A DNA stretch of 64,000 nucleotides. It comes from Peribolospora baueri (Eukaryota). Below the pieces are notes generated by a model. That model was not told the DNA's origin and searched no databases. It worked only from the letters and a program-made list of their open reading frames with translations. Location of the stretch: positions 1-64,000 of the forward strand of contig JAMDHS010000023.1 in assembly GCA_029717555.1 (NCBI GenBank), written 5' to 3'. Shown in pieces: positions 9,836 to 22,032 of the stretch (position 1 is its first letter; every line of letters starts with the position of its first letter). The position numbers were made by a program, and so were the translations under genes.

Positions 9836-12294
9836 TCACAGATCCGTCCTGAGCTTGTACCTCTCAACGACGGGCTGGGTCCCCTCCGCTTGGAGGCGCT
9901 TTGCAACGTCTTCGGCGCCGCGCATGACGCGAAGCAGGTTCCCGCCTGCGAGGAGGGCCAGGTCTCCCTCCGACCAGCCACGGCGGATAAGGATTGTGAA
10001 CTGACGGCGTGCCGAGCAGAGAAAGGAAGGTGGAAGGGCAGGACGACGGTGACGATGCAGTCAGCCTCTCCCTTGTCTTCCCGGTGATTCGCATTTCCCT
10101 AATTTCCAAGCGTGACACCCGTCCGTCATCGCGACGACATAGTGCGCTCAAGGGCGATCCGACACGACCGGAGAGCGAAGCGGCAGAATGAAATTTCCTC
10201 AAGGCTCACCAGATCAGGGAATTTGGAAACGTCCTCCAGTCCCTTGGGGACGGTCAATATGCCGTCGAAGTCGCTGCCGAGGCCCACGTGCTTGACGCCG
10301 GCCACTTTCGCAACGTGCTCCACGTGGTCCGCTACCGCTTCAATGTCTGCTCGCATCTCTTCCTCCTCCCGCTCGGTTCCTTTCACGGTCTTGTCATTCT
10401 GGAAAAGAAGAGGTGAGGTGGAGCGCTTTCCGGGGCCGATGAAATCAGGCGCAAAATTAACCATTATGACAGAATCGGGCGTGCCCCTGCCGACCTCGCC
10501 CGCCGAGTCGTGTTCAGCGAGCCGACGAAGAATGTTGTCGGGCACGTTGCGGGGATGGTCGTGCACAGCGCGGGCAGAGGAATGAGAAAAAATTACCGGT
10601 GCGAGGGAGACGTCGAGAGCTTGGACCGTTGTGGCGTCTGAGGTGTGGGAAAGATCCACGAGCAGTCCTACGCGGTTCATTTCGAAGATGAGGGAGCGGC
10701 CCAAGGATCTGATCGAAATGACCCACACGAATGGAAGGTGAGGCGAGAATGGAGGTAAGGCGTGAGAACCCTCTGTATGGGCAAGACTCACGAGAGGCCG
10801 CCATGACGAGGTTTTGAGGGCGCGGAAGAGTCCGCGAAGGGATTATGGCTGATGAAAACAAGTATCCTACCTTTTCAGACGCCGAGGTAAAGTAGGATTG
10901 AAAATGCACCAGTGCAGGGATGGAACTCACCAAGTATGAGTGAGTGTGATGTACTTTACGCCCAATTGATGATACTGCCGCGCCACAGCGACAGAAGTAC
11001 CGAGTTGGTGGGCACTGCATAATATGCACACTCCCCCATCAGCCTTGCCTCCAAACATGCGTAGGTTCGAGACTCGACGCTCACCCTTCCACGCCGTACC
11101 ATCCAAAGATCTTTCCCTGACTGAAGGCCTTTTCCGCCTCATCGGCCGTGCGTACGAAAGCGAAGTCCTGTGAGGTTCGACAAGAGCCCGACGAAGAGAG
11201 TATGAAGACCCCTCTGTCAGCATTACCGGTAACTCCGGGCTTCTCTTAGAGCGCTTTGCACCCACATCGGAGTATCTGTCGATGAGCAGCCGGGAAATGT
11301 CAATCTGCTCTAGCGTGTCCCTGTATTATTTTCACAAGATGACGACAAAAAGAACCAGCGTCAGGGCTCCCAACAACACAAGCCTTCTCGGCATTCGCTT
11401 TTTAGAGAAATAGAATCGCCCGACAAACTGACCTGACAGAGAACGTGGGACCAGTGAAGTTCTCTCCCTCCACATTGCCTTCATTGCAGGGGGTATAGAC
11501 GGACCAGAAGAATCCGCCAACTTTACCCTCGCGCAGACGGGGAATGTCTACGTGACCAGGAAAAGCCGTGGTGGAAGGGGCCACAGCCTGGGAGGAAGAA
11601 TGAGGGTTGAGGTCGATTGCACTAATGTTGTTTTGGTACAGGTACCGGACCTGGCGAATGCGACGCAACAAGAAAGGGAAAGAGTGAATGACAAAAGAGT
11701 GAGCGAGGATGTAAGAGAACCGTGTAGATGGTCGATCACTTACAAGAATGGGAAGATCGACATGGCCGTCGATGAGAGGGTTCTGGAAAGATTTGAATGG
11801 GGTATGCAAGTAGAGCAGACCGAATGAAGAAAGGTCGGTCCGTCTCCTCCCTACTCCCTCTCCGCTAAAACCAGCCGCTCGTGCTTCTGGGTGCCCAATC
11901 GACCCACCTCACGAAGGATCATTGCCGCCCTGGCTTCCGGCGACAAGTGCTCTCTATGCCACTTAGCCCTCGCATCACCTACGAGTTTGATAACGATCCC
12001 CATGACTACGCCGGCGATGAGCATAGCCACGGCGATCAAGGCGGCTAGACGGAGTGATCGAGGTTCGCCGCGGGGACGGCGCCATTGCCGAGTGCGAAGT
12101 AGTGGCACTCGCTCGTCTCGCTCATCGTCGTCACCTTCTTCTCGTGCTTCAGCGTGGGTCCTCTCTGCCTCGAACTCGGTGAGCGTCGCCTCAGCCTCAG
12201 TGTGTGCCCTCTCGGCCTCGCTCTGCGTCCTCTCGGCGTTGTGCTCAGTGGGGGGCTGCTCCTCCTCGCGAACCTGCGTTCCGGGATCAGCCAT
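9836..12294 (-). CDS. Membrane dipeptidase (peptidase M19), type II membrane topology, multi-exon
   Basis: N-terminal TM (LAALIAVAMLIAGVVMGIVI); motifs PLIDGHVDLP, HVDIPRLREGKVGGFFWSVY, GVEGAHQLG, YITLTH, EMNRVGLLVDLSH, FSHSSAR, HVGLGSDFDG; last exon ...LAGGNLLRVM...RYKLRTDL*. Confidence 0.92.
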
Positions 12295-12491
12295 GACGTG
12301 AAGAGGCGAGCTGAACACACGATTGGTGTATCGTGATGTTTGACCGACGAGGTTGAACGTCCAAGCTGACAAGGCATGATCGATCCACCCACTCGATCAC
12401 CGACGGCTGCGGCGCGCCCCGCCTTTCGCTTTCTAGCGCGAAGCCGGCTCGAGCGTCGCGAAGGTCTAAGCGAACGTCCATCTGGTCCAAG

Positions 12492-13199
12492 ATGCGAGTG
12501 GTGAGTGCACGGTTTGTAGTGTGAGGACTGAGAACATCGTACATTCGAGGCCTAAAAGTTGACCACGCTGATCCCGCCTTTGTCCGTTGTCGCCTCTCCT
12601 CTTCGCCAAAGCTCAACGAATCCGAGGAGACAGACGCCGAGGTAACGTGGGAGGACCAGAAGCAGATCAACACCTTCTCTCGGCTCAACTCCAAGCTCAT
12701 GGAGGTCGAAGAGCTTCTGGAGGCCAAGAAAGTGAGCCGTCCTTCTCATGTCCTTTTATCCCTACCTTTGTTTTGGTGGGACACTATTGATATCTTCTGC
12801 CTTACGCCACTGCCTCCATTCTCTCCTTCAGCAAGAGAAGGAGGCTCTCGACGACCTTTCGATGGAGCTTGAGCTGGCGGACGAGGAGGAAAGTATCCTG
12901 TGAGTTTCTGCTCCTTTTGTTTTGTTTTGTTTTGTTTTTTTTTTTTTCCCTTGGCCGCTGACTCCACTGTGACTTACAATTTTCATTTCTCTTCTATCGT
13001 CCCTAGCTACAAAGTAGGCGAAGCATTCGTCTCCCTCCCGCAGTCAGAAGCCTCCACGCGCCTCTCCCAAGACATGGAAGAACTGGAGAGGGAGATCAAT
13101 GCGCTCAAGGACAAGGCGGAGGAATGCGAGGAAGGGATGAAGAAGCTCAAAGTGTCTTTGTATGGCAAATTTGGCAACAGCATCGCCCTTGAGCGGTGA
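12492..13199 (+). CDS. GIM3: Prefoldin subunit 4, 4 exons
   Basis: MRV/LNESEETDAEVTWEDQKQINTFSRLNSK.../QEKEALDDLSMELELADEE.../YKVGEAF...MKKLKVSLYGKFGNSIALER*. Confidence 0.92.
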
Positions 13200-13652
13200 G
13201 GCTAGAAGGACCAGGGAGAGGCGACGGTGGAGGCGTCCCGGTCGGCACGATTCGTAGACGAGAGATGAATTATATATCATTGCTTCCTTCATCGTCGGTG
13301 TTTCTTCAGGCCTGAGTGGCGAGGATACAGTCGTTGGCCCCTCGAATCGTCTGAGGAGGCGCCAACTCCATAAGTCTGCCGAGAAGCCCGAGATCCACGA
13401 CCAACTTGACAGGTGTACGGGCGCTTGTGGCCGTAGCGCATCTTTACCAGGCGCCTTTTCTGACCTTACCCATGGCTTGACGGGAGACACGTCAAAAGGA
13501 GTTTACGCCTGGACGCATACAAGCGCGAGAGTTGACGACGTTCTATTCTCGTTGCATAATCATTCGCCACACTTCAAGGGATTCAAGGGATGCATGCCAA
13601 TGACGACGGATTCTGTCTCATACGCTCTAAGATCTATCCCCCTTCTCTCCCC

Positions 13653-16126
13653 TCACCAAGTTTTGCCCTTCACGCCCTGATCGGGAGCCGCGCGAGCATC
13701 CTCGCGCCAAAGAGGGCGGTCCCAGCCGTTGGGCCGGCTGGTTTCGTTGAATGCGTTGGCCGTGCCGTCCAACTTGACGACGGGAGCGCAAGCGCGGACA
13801 AGGCCGCCGAAACCGTCGCTGTGTGCCTTCCACACGTATCCCCTCTTATCGGCCTCCTCACCGAACAGGTGCGGAGCTACGCGCTGTACGCTCGTCAGCG
13901 CCCGGCCAGAGACACGGTCGACGACGTCCGAGTGGATGAGGTCATTCATGAACGACGAATCGTGCACCTTGCGCAGGTGCGACCACACCTCGGCGGGGTA
14001 CTGGCCAAGTGAGAGCAGGTAGAGGTCATACTGCACCAGCGAGCAAGTGGCCACGTACGATCCACCTTCCTTGGCCCGCTTGAGCAGACCCGTCATCGCA
14101 GCGATGGCACCCATGCAACCGGCCCTGTCCGCGAGCAGTCGGAAAATTTGTTGGCGGTGAGCTCATATTATAAGACGAGGTCTGACATGAAAATCGCTCA
14201 CCCATAATCCGACATGGGGAACGGCGGAACAATCGGCTCGTCCTTGCCCATCGCCTTGCCTTGCGCCCAAGCGAGACCGGTGGCCTTTAAAGCGGGAAAT
14301 GTTCATCTCAGACCGGTGTCAAAGTTTGTCCTATCGCGCGCAGGAGGGTCCGAGCCACGACGATACAAAGGGGAGGACGAAGGACACTCACCACGTCGGC
14401 GATCTGCTGCCATCCAGCCCGATCCTTCCACGGACCCGTAAAGCCGTAGCAGTCCTTGAAGGGAGACGGGAGCAAAAGTGAGAAGGAACATGATCAGGAC
14501 GCGGTGGGCGCGACCGAAGGTGACGGATTTTGTATCTCTCCGACGCTCACTTCGGCAACGTAAACGAATCCTTTCTTCCGACCAGCGAGCTTCTCCGCCA
14601 GTCCCTTGGGACCATACCCAAGGCGCTCGATCGCGCCTGGCCTGTAGCCGTCGACGAGGACGTCGGCCGTTTGAAGAAGGTCCTCGAATGTCTTGCGATC
14701 GCCGGGGGATTTGAGGTCGAGTTCACAAACTCGCTTACCGAGGTTGCTGAGAGAAAAACAGGGAAGACAAAGTTAAATGAGCTGGCGCGGCACGGAAGAG
14801 AGCTGACGGAGTGAATACGAGGGGCTTGTCCAAGCGAGCTTGCCACTCACCCGTCCACCTGGAACCAAGGTACGTCCGGCGTCTGAGGTCCGAGAACTCT
14901 GAGCACGTCAGCGCCGTACTCTGCGAGCACGCGCGAAATGGTGGGGCCAGCGACGATACGGCACAACTCGAGGACGCGCACGCCCGCGAGCACTTGCGGA
15001 AGACCGTGGGGCGTGGTGGACGTGGGAGAAGGTGCTGGGAAGGGGACGGGTTCGGACCAAGAAGAGGTGTTGGCGACGCGCTTGACGTCCCAGAAAGGTT
15101 CTTGAGAGATAATGCGTCCCTGGGAGGACGTTATAGCAAACTCCAAAACATCAGCGACCATTTCAAGATGAACATCGACATCGCTTGACATGCCGACCGA
15201 CGCGTGGCCGACAGGTATACACGCACATGCTCAGTTTTCAAGAACTCCTCCTCGGTCAAACAAACCGCCCCGGCCTGCTTCCTCTCATCGTTGGCCATAC
15301 GGTCGAGGTCGTCCGCATCGAACTTGCGCACGGCGGATTCGATGCGGTTGATGATGGCATGGTATTCCGTCATGGTGGCGTCGTGGCCGGGAAGGCCGAC
15401 CATGTTAAGGGAAGGAGTGGCCTCGAGGGAACCATGGAGGTGGAAGTAGCGTTTGTCGCGAGTTTCGTCTAAAGAAGCGAGGGGATGTGCGCCGGCTGGT
15501 CAATTAACGAATCAATTCGTCCCGCTTGGTCTCGCCGACTCGAGCAATGACGCTCACAGACGTTGGCGGACAGACGCCGGTACATGTTGGACTGTCCTTG
15601 GAAGTAGTCCGTGTCTGCGAATGAAAACGAGACGAGCCGGATGAGCTGCACTAGCTTCCTCTCTTGGCCCACCACTAATTTTCAGCGAACCTCTCAGCCT
15701 CTTCTTCCCCTCCTCGTCAAATTTCCCAAGCCCATCGACGCTGGAGACGTACGACATCAATAGAAACAGCGTGGCATGCTCCGTATCAATGGTGGCACGC
15801 TTCCCCACGCTCTCTCCGTAGCGCAAAGAGGCGATGGCACCCGCCACGGCCGCCTCCACGCCCTTGAGTGCGCTGATCGCCTCGGTTTCGCGGAACGGTA
15901 CGGGCAAGACGGGAAGCAGTTCGCCGCCGCCGGAAACGCCATCTACGAACGGTGGCAAGGTGCGACAGTTGGTGAACTGGACGGAAGGTGCGAGACGCCG
16001 GGCTTCTTCGGGAATGGGAAGGGAAGCGTCATTGATTAGATCGAGGAACGCCTTGCGAGAGGACGCCAGAACGGAGTAAGGGAGAGAACCTCCGTTGGCG
16101 GCGGGCGCTGTCGCTGTCGGCGTCAT
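13653..16126 (-). CDS. CoA-transferase family III (CaiB/BaiF), long fungal type, multi-exon
   Basis: LAGVRVLELCRIVAGPTISRVLAEYGADVLRV, DADVLVDGYRPGAIERLGYGP, CYGFTGPW, VPPFPMSDYG; N-terminal part has PVPFRETEAISALKGVEA and RYFHLHGSL. Confidence 0.88.
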
Positions 16127-16544
16127 CCTGGAGTGATATGGAAAAGAGAGGCAAGTGCGCTGGAGAGGAGAACGAAAGATAGAAGGTGAAGCGTGCGCAG
16201 GAGAGTCTACTTGAAGGGAGACACAAGTTCAGCGGGACGCTCCTGTCGGGGAGAAAATATGTACTAGCGAGCGACCGGACGCCCTCGGCCTTGTTGTGGA
16301 ACGGTTGCCTAGAGCAGGTAGGGGCGGCTTTCCATGTCCATATAGATCGCCGGCGGTGGGACCGACGATGAACCAGAAATCGGGCCTCGTTCCGAGAAAT
16401 CGTCGTGACCGAGTCGGCGAGTCGACTATGGATCGGCTGCGGCACACCCGACTCGCCGCAGTCGATCTTCCACCGGCGAGGAGACGACAACGACGACGGA
16501 CGGCGATCCATCCTACCGCTCTACCTCGTCGATCGTCACCAGTG

Positions 16545-17344
16545 ATGCCGCTGTACGAGATCCTTTGCATCGCAGCCGCTTCTGCGGAATCGGTGAGTTA
16601 CTCACTGAGCTCCGGACTTTTTGCTCCTTCGCTATTCCCTGCTGCGAGCCGAGCGTCTCTAACGCCGAACATGCCCTCCTCGTCCCTGCCCACCGCTCTC
16701 GTCCCCCCAATCCGTGCCCATATCCTGTCCCCCTTCCTTCTCTCCCATGCCCTCACAGGCCCCACTCCGAGACCTCGTCCGCTCCTCCGCACGGCACGTC
16801 ATGGACAACGGCGGCGTGGTGCGCAACGTCTCCTACTGGGGCCTGCGCACGCTCCCCCAGAAGATGCGGAGGCACCAGCAGATCCACGACAAGGGAGAGT
16901 GAGTGTCGTGTCGTGTCGTGTCGGGCCACCCTCGGCCGGCGGTGGAACGCTTTCTCGAGATGGAGGGGACGACGAGGTTCCGAGCTGGAGTTGCTACTCC
17001 GGTCTTGGATGCACTCGTGCACGTTTCCCCAGGGTCCTTTTCTCTATCGGCTGTGGCTGTGGAAGAGCCATTCCGCTCATCGTCGTTTATTCACTGACAA
17101 CGCTCCCTCCCACCCCCATCCCCCTCCTTCCTTTAATACGTCGGACGGCGATATCAGCTACTGGCTCATGCAATTTGACACGAACCCGCCGACACTGCGC
17201 GATCTGAACGACCGGATGCGACAAGACCCTCGCGTGATCCGATGGACGACGCTCAAGCTGGGCGAGAAGCTGGAGGACGTGGTGGGGCAGAGGGAGATCA
17301 CTGTCAAGGACGGCGCAAGGTCTGGTGGGATGCGGTGGTCGTGA
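16545..17344 (+). CDS. MRP17: Mitochondrial ribosomal protein bS6m, 3 exons
   Basis: MPLYEILCIA.../...VMDNGGVVRNVSYWGLRTLPQKMRRH.../YWLMQFDTNP...DPRVIRWTTLKLG, a ribosomal S6 pattern. Confidence 0.88.
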
Positions 17345-18025
17345 TATGCGCGAGATGGGCGGACGGATGACGGTCGTGCGTGTTTCGGCGTTCCGACCGA
17401 ACTTTTGTATTGTATGATAGACATAGTCGGTAGGCTCCCGTTGGCACCGGTCACTACTCTTCAACCAGAGAAGTCGGCACGAGATCTCGACTCTATATAT
17501 GCGCCATGTTAAGGACGTCTGATTCACGTCGTACACGCTTCGTCTGACATGTACGCCGTCGATACGATCCTAAGGATTAGATGGGCTCTCGCGCATACGA
17601 TCCTGCCCGCCGATTCGCCCGCCTTCCCTTCCCGTCCGACGCCCCCCCGGCACGTACATGCTGTCCTTGAACCGTCTCAAATCGCGACCAGGAACCGTGG
17701 GCCGGGTCAGCGGGCGGCGTCGCTCCAGCGCGACCGCCGTTGGAGAGAACGTGGTGAGCTGCACTCATGCTGCGAAGCGCTGTCCTGTTTGTTGTTCTGC
17801 CGAGTGGTCCTGCAGCAGAAGGCCGCTGAACCGAGGCGGGTTCGACACGACACGATACGGCACGGCACGGGAATCATACCCTCGCCAAGGGGAGCGCGCA
17901 GCGCGGGCGGGCATGTCACGTCAATCGTGGCGACTGTCGGTCACCTTTCGACGACTCCTGCCGAGCCGAGCTGCACAACGAGGTCTTCGAGCCGGTACGA
18001 GTCAAGCGGACACGGTACACGCCCT

Positions 18026-19310
18026 TCAGGAGGAGGCCCTCGCCTTTGGTTGCGACCCGGGCGACCGCTTTGAGTGCGCGCTCCTCTTGACCCGAGGGAA
18101 CCATCCATCCTGGAGCTCGACGGCATGCTCGCCTTCCTTGAGAAGGACGACCATGAACTGGGCGGCTATGACGAGAAGGAAGGCGCCGTAGCCCGTGGCG
18201 AGGTGCCAGTAGGCGTGCCCCTCGGTGAGCAGACCGAGCGGGTACGATCCGAGGGCGGTGCGGAGGCGACGGAGGTTGTCGCAGAAGACGTTGTCCACGT
18301 TCCAAACGGCGAAGCCAGAGAGAAAGATGATGGTGCCGCGCGAGAAGACGCGTCTTATCTGCGCTCGCTTATGGCGGGCCATGGGGGTGCCGTTGAGGGA
18401 GGCGAGGGAGGGAGAGGAGGAGAATAGGAGGTAGTTGACGCGCACGGCGGAGACGGTTTGGATGATCGCGTAAGCGGTTTGATGAAAGACGGGGTCATCG
18501 AGGTAAAGGCTGCCGGCGGAAAGGGGAGGCGGGGATGCAGATCGTGAGGTGGGAAGTCAGTCGTCGGAAATCAGCCGCTCTTTCGCCGGTCGGGCACAAC
18601 CATGATAAATAATACTACTCACTAGGCGGCGGTGATGAAGCTGACGGCAGCGACGAGAAGGGAGGGAAGCAAAATCGGGTTCCTCGGGTTCCCGTAGCTT
18701 TTGGAAGTCTCGAACACGCAATAGGTGAAGATCCTGATGATTGTCGGAAGGGAGAGAGAGATAACGTCAGCTAACCGAAACCCGGTCCAGAAAAAAAGTG
18801 CCTCCGGCTCACGCAGACGCATAAATCATGGGCAGCTCGTCGGACAACTGGGCCTCATGCAACAAGCTGGCGTGAAACCAGAAGCTACCGAGGCCGACGA
18901 CGAGGATGCCGAGGTGGCAGAGAACGAATCGTGCGGGCAGGCCCTGTCGGAGGCATTGATGGATGCCGAAGACGGAGAGGCCGAAGAAGAGGAGGTTGGA
19001 GAAGGTGTTTGCGGGCTCAGCTATGAAGCGAGAGCTGAGCCCGAGATGGGGGCGACAGCGATAGATAGGAGCGCGCTAGTCAGTCGGGCCGGCGGCGAAG
19101 CGACGAGGGGCGCCGAGGCCAGCACAGGTGCTCGTCCACTGGGAGCGATGTGATGGAGCACAGCAGGCGCAGGAGCGTAGGTACGCACTGCATATAGTTC
19201 TCCTCGCACCAGTCCAACGTCGACGTGGGCTCGCCCCAGAAGGGAAAGTAGGGACTTGACGAGACGGCGCTGGAGGGCGGGGGCTGAGAAGCAGGATCGG
19301 TGGTGGCCAT
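18026..19310 (-). CDS. Alkaline ceramidase (Ypc1/Ydc1-like, CREST family), multi-exon
   Basis: FWGEPTSTLDWCEENY, LGSFWFHASLLHEAQLSDELPMIY, DDPVFHQTAYA, WNVDNVFC, EGHAYWHLATGYG. Confidence 0.92.
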
Positions 19311-20485
19311 GGTGCTCAGGTTCGCTCTGTCCCAGCGATGGTGGAGGCGGGGTGGGGAGGCGCGCTTTGGAAGGGAGTAATAAGTCGGTAGGAGGGAGAC
19401 TAGAAACGAGGAGGGAGCGTATAGAGCGAGGGAGGGGGGGTGGTTGGTGATGGTGGTATAAAGAAGATCCTTCCGCTCAACACTTGCACTGGGACGTCTG
19501 CCTCCTTCGTCCGTGCACCTGAACTGAACGTGTGGTGAGGACGCAAGGACGGCTGCCAATCTCGAGACAAATCAATCCTCGCTCTGACCGGGTCAGGCTG
19601 GCTGGCTAGCGGGCCGGGTGGGCGCGCGGGCCGAGTGGGAATGCATTCTGAGGTGTCATATAAATACGATGAGGAGTCACATAAATACGATGCAGTCAGT
19701 CAGTCAGTCAGTCAGTCAAGTCAAGTCAGTCTGCTCAAGTGAGTGCGCCCTACCAAGCCGTCCCGTCCCGTCCTGTCCCGCGTCCCGTCCCATCTCAAGC
19801 GTGTTCAAAACCCGACCGAGCCAAGCAAGCCCAAGTCGAGTCGAGTCGAGTCGAGGAGGAGGAGTGCCTGTTGTTCCCGCCCACACTGTCCTCTATGCCC
19901 TTCCTTCCTTCCATCGGAGCGCCCGCCAGGCAGACTGCAGCCAGCCAGCCAGCCAGACAGACGGACAGACAGACAGGCGCCAGCCAAGACGCGAAACGCT
20001 TTCTACTCTAATAACGTAGCCTAAATGAAGGGCCGACCAACTTTTGTTTCAATTCGTCTTCGTCTGCTCATGAGGCGAGGCAGGGGGTAGGACGGCGGGC
20101 GAGAGCGGCCCAAGCCAAGCCAGCCATCTAGCGCGGTAGGTAGATAGTTAAGAACAGATAGACAGGCAGGTAGCAGGCAGGCAGACGGGCGGCGCCCCGG
20201 TGCGTTTTTCCGCCTTCGCTCTATACGGTCTCTCGTACGACCCCCCTCCGTTTCTCCGCGCCCAACCAACCGCCGCCCCCGTCACGCATACATACGATCG
20301 CTGCGACGACGATAACCAGCACCGCACCGCTGCTAGGCATGGCCCGGCCCGAGACGGACACGACTTGACTCGTGCCCCACCGCTCCCGCTCTCCTTCTGC
20401 TGACCATCCGGCGCGCTACAGTATCGCACTCGAGTACAGTACGCCGGACCACGCCCATCCCATCCGATCCCGCCAGGCGCGGAGA

Positions 20486-21548
20486 TCAAGCTGGCAGTTC
20501 GAACTTTTCGCCCTTGAGAACGCTGTGCGGGTGAGGAGGGGAAAGGGGAAGTTAGAAGCGTCGATCGGGGATCCAAAGCTGCGTCCCAAGCAGAGCGGGA
20601 AGGAGAGGGAGGGACGTGGGGACGCACGTGTTGTAGTAGATCCAGAAAAAGTCGGCGTACAGTCCGGTCTGGACGAGTCCGGAGACGATGGAGATCGGGT
20701 CCACCACGTCTTCGGTCGCGTAGCTGGCGGGGCGGGGGAAAAGAAAGAAGAGGAGGGTGTCAGTGTGTATCAGACTCGACCGGTCTGCATCCTCGGTGCC
20801 AACCCACCGATAGATCCAATTCGGAATGTAGAGCGCCCTGTATGCGCCGAGGGCAAAGAGATAGTGGGTGGTGATGGTCTCGGCCTCTCCGGTACGCTGG
20901 AGCATAAAGAGCTGGGGGAGGATGGCGACGGCCTCGAGGTAGATGGAGAAGGCCCAGAGGATCTCCATCGGGGTGAGCTTGTAGTTGAAGATGAGGCTGA
21001 GGAGGAAGCACGGGCCGATGAGGTACTCGAGGCGAATTGTATCGATGGCGGGGTCGTGTGTCGGACTGGAGGGAGAGGGAGAGCGGTTTGGAGCCATCGT
21101 TGCCGAGACGGGCGGAGAGGGGCCTTCTTCGTCACTCACCGGTAACGGAGCTTCATGAGATACAAGACGTAGCAGCTGCTTCCGATGAAGAAGAGCTTCA
21201 TGATGGAGTTGTAGAGGGAGATGAAAGGACCGACGAGGAGGTCGACATAGCGGGTGCAGAAGACGATGGTGTACAGGAGTTGGGTTTTGAAGGAGATGCC
21301 TGGGTGAGGAGGAGGAGGTGACGAGTCAGTTGGTCTGACCAGGTAACGTTTCTGCCTTTCTCTTGCCCGGTGTCCAAACCCTCCTTCATCCCGCGTCGAC
21401 CGATATACGGCCTCTACCTCCCCTCCCCTCCCCTCCCTTCGGCGCAAGCTCACTCACCCCTGCAAGACCTGCTAGTCTGAATTTTATGAAGGAGAATGAA
21501 GATGGAGGCGAGGTGGGAAAGGTCCCCTAGGAATCGGAAGATGTTCAT
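20486..21548 (-). CDS. ERD2: ER lumen protein-retaining (HDEL/KDEL) receptor, 5 exons
   Basis: MNIFRFLGDLSHLASIFILLHKI, GISFKTQLLYTIVFCTRYVDL, WAFSIYLEAVAILPQLFMLQRTGEAETITTHYLFALGAYRALYIPNW, ...KGEKFELPA*. Confidence 0.96.
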
Positions 21549-21828
21549 GATCGGCCGATTGGAGCAGAGGCGGAGGCGGAGGCGGACGTGGGTGGAGTTG
21601 TAATGTGGCTTCGATGCGGGATGTCCGATTTTTGGGTCAAGGGACGAGAAAAGAGGAAGGGATGGGCTTTTGACGAGAGGAGGGGGGACCGAACTGACCG
21701 AACCGAACCGAACCTGCTTCGACGCGAGCCGGGGAGGAGGAAAGAAAGTGCGATGCGATCGGCGAGGTAAGACGGGCGGGATGGACTAGGGACGCGTGGG
21801 GGAAGTTGGGGCTTGTCGCTTCTGCTGC

Positions 21829-22032
21829 CTGGCGGGGAGGGGAGAGAAGGGTTAGGGTGGTCAGCTGGAGTGAGAGACAAGGGCTGGAGACGATATCCAC
21901 GATCCGTCCGTCCGTCTGTCCGCCCATCGACTCCGTCTTCGTTCGTCGGCGGTGCGTGGGTGGATGGTGGATCGACGTTCTGGTGGCGCCCAGCCTCGCC
22001 TCTACCTATCTGTCCATCCGTCTGGTACTCAC
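21829..22032 (-). other. Candidate 5'-UTR intron of ERD2
   Basis: On the minus strand: GTGAGT donor at 22032, GCTGAC and CCTAAC branch-like motifs, a pyrimidine tract, and a CCAG acceptor at 21829. Confidence 0.55.

Noticed and set aside
9437..13655. Cryptic peroxisomal targeting by stop-codon readthrough in the dioxygenase or CoA-transferase
   Set aside because: Stop contexts are TGA-TCG and TGA-GGG rather than TGA-CTA, and the dioxygenase extension I translated does not end in an SKL-like tripeptide.
17658..17814. + strand ATG ORF with an intron-like segment between MRP17 and the ceramidase
   Set aside because: Weak branch point, no recognisable product, and it lies among convergent 3' UTRs.
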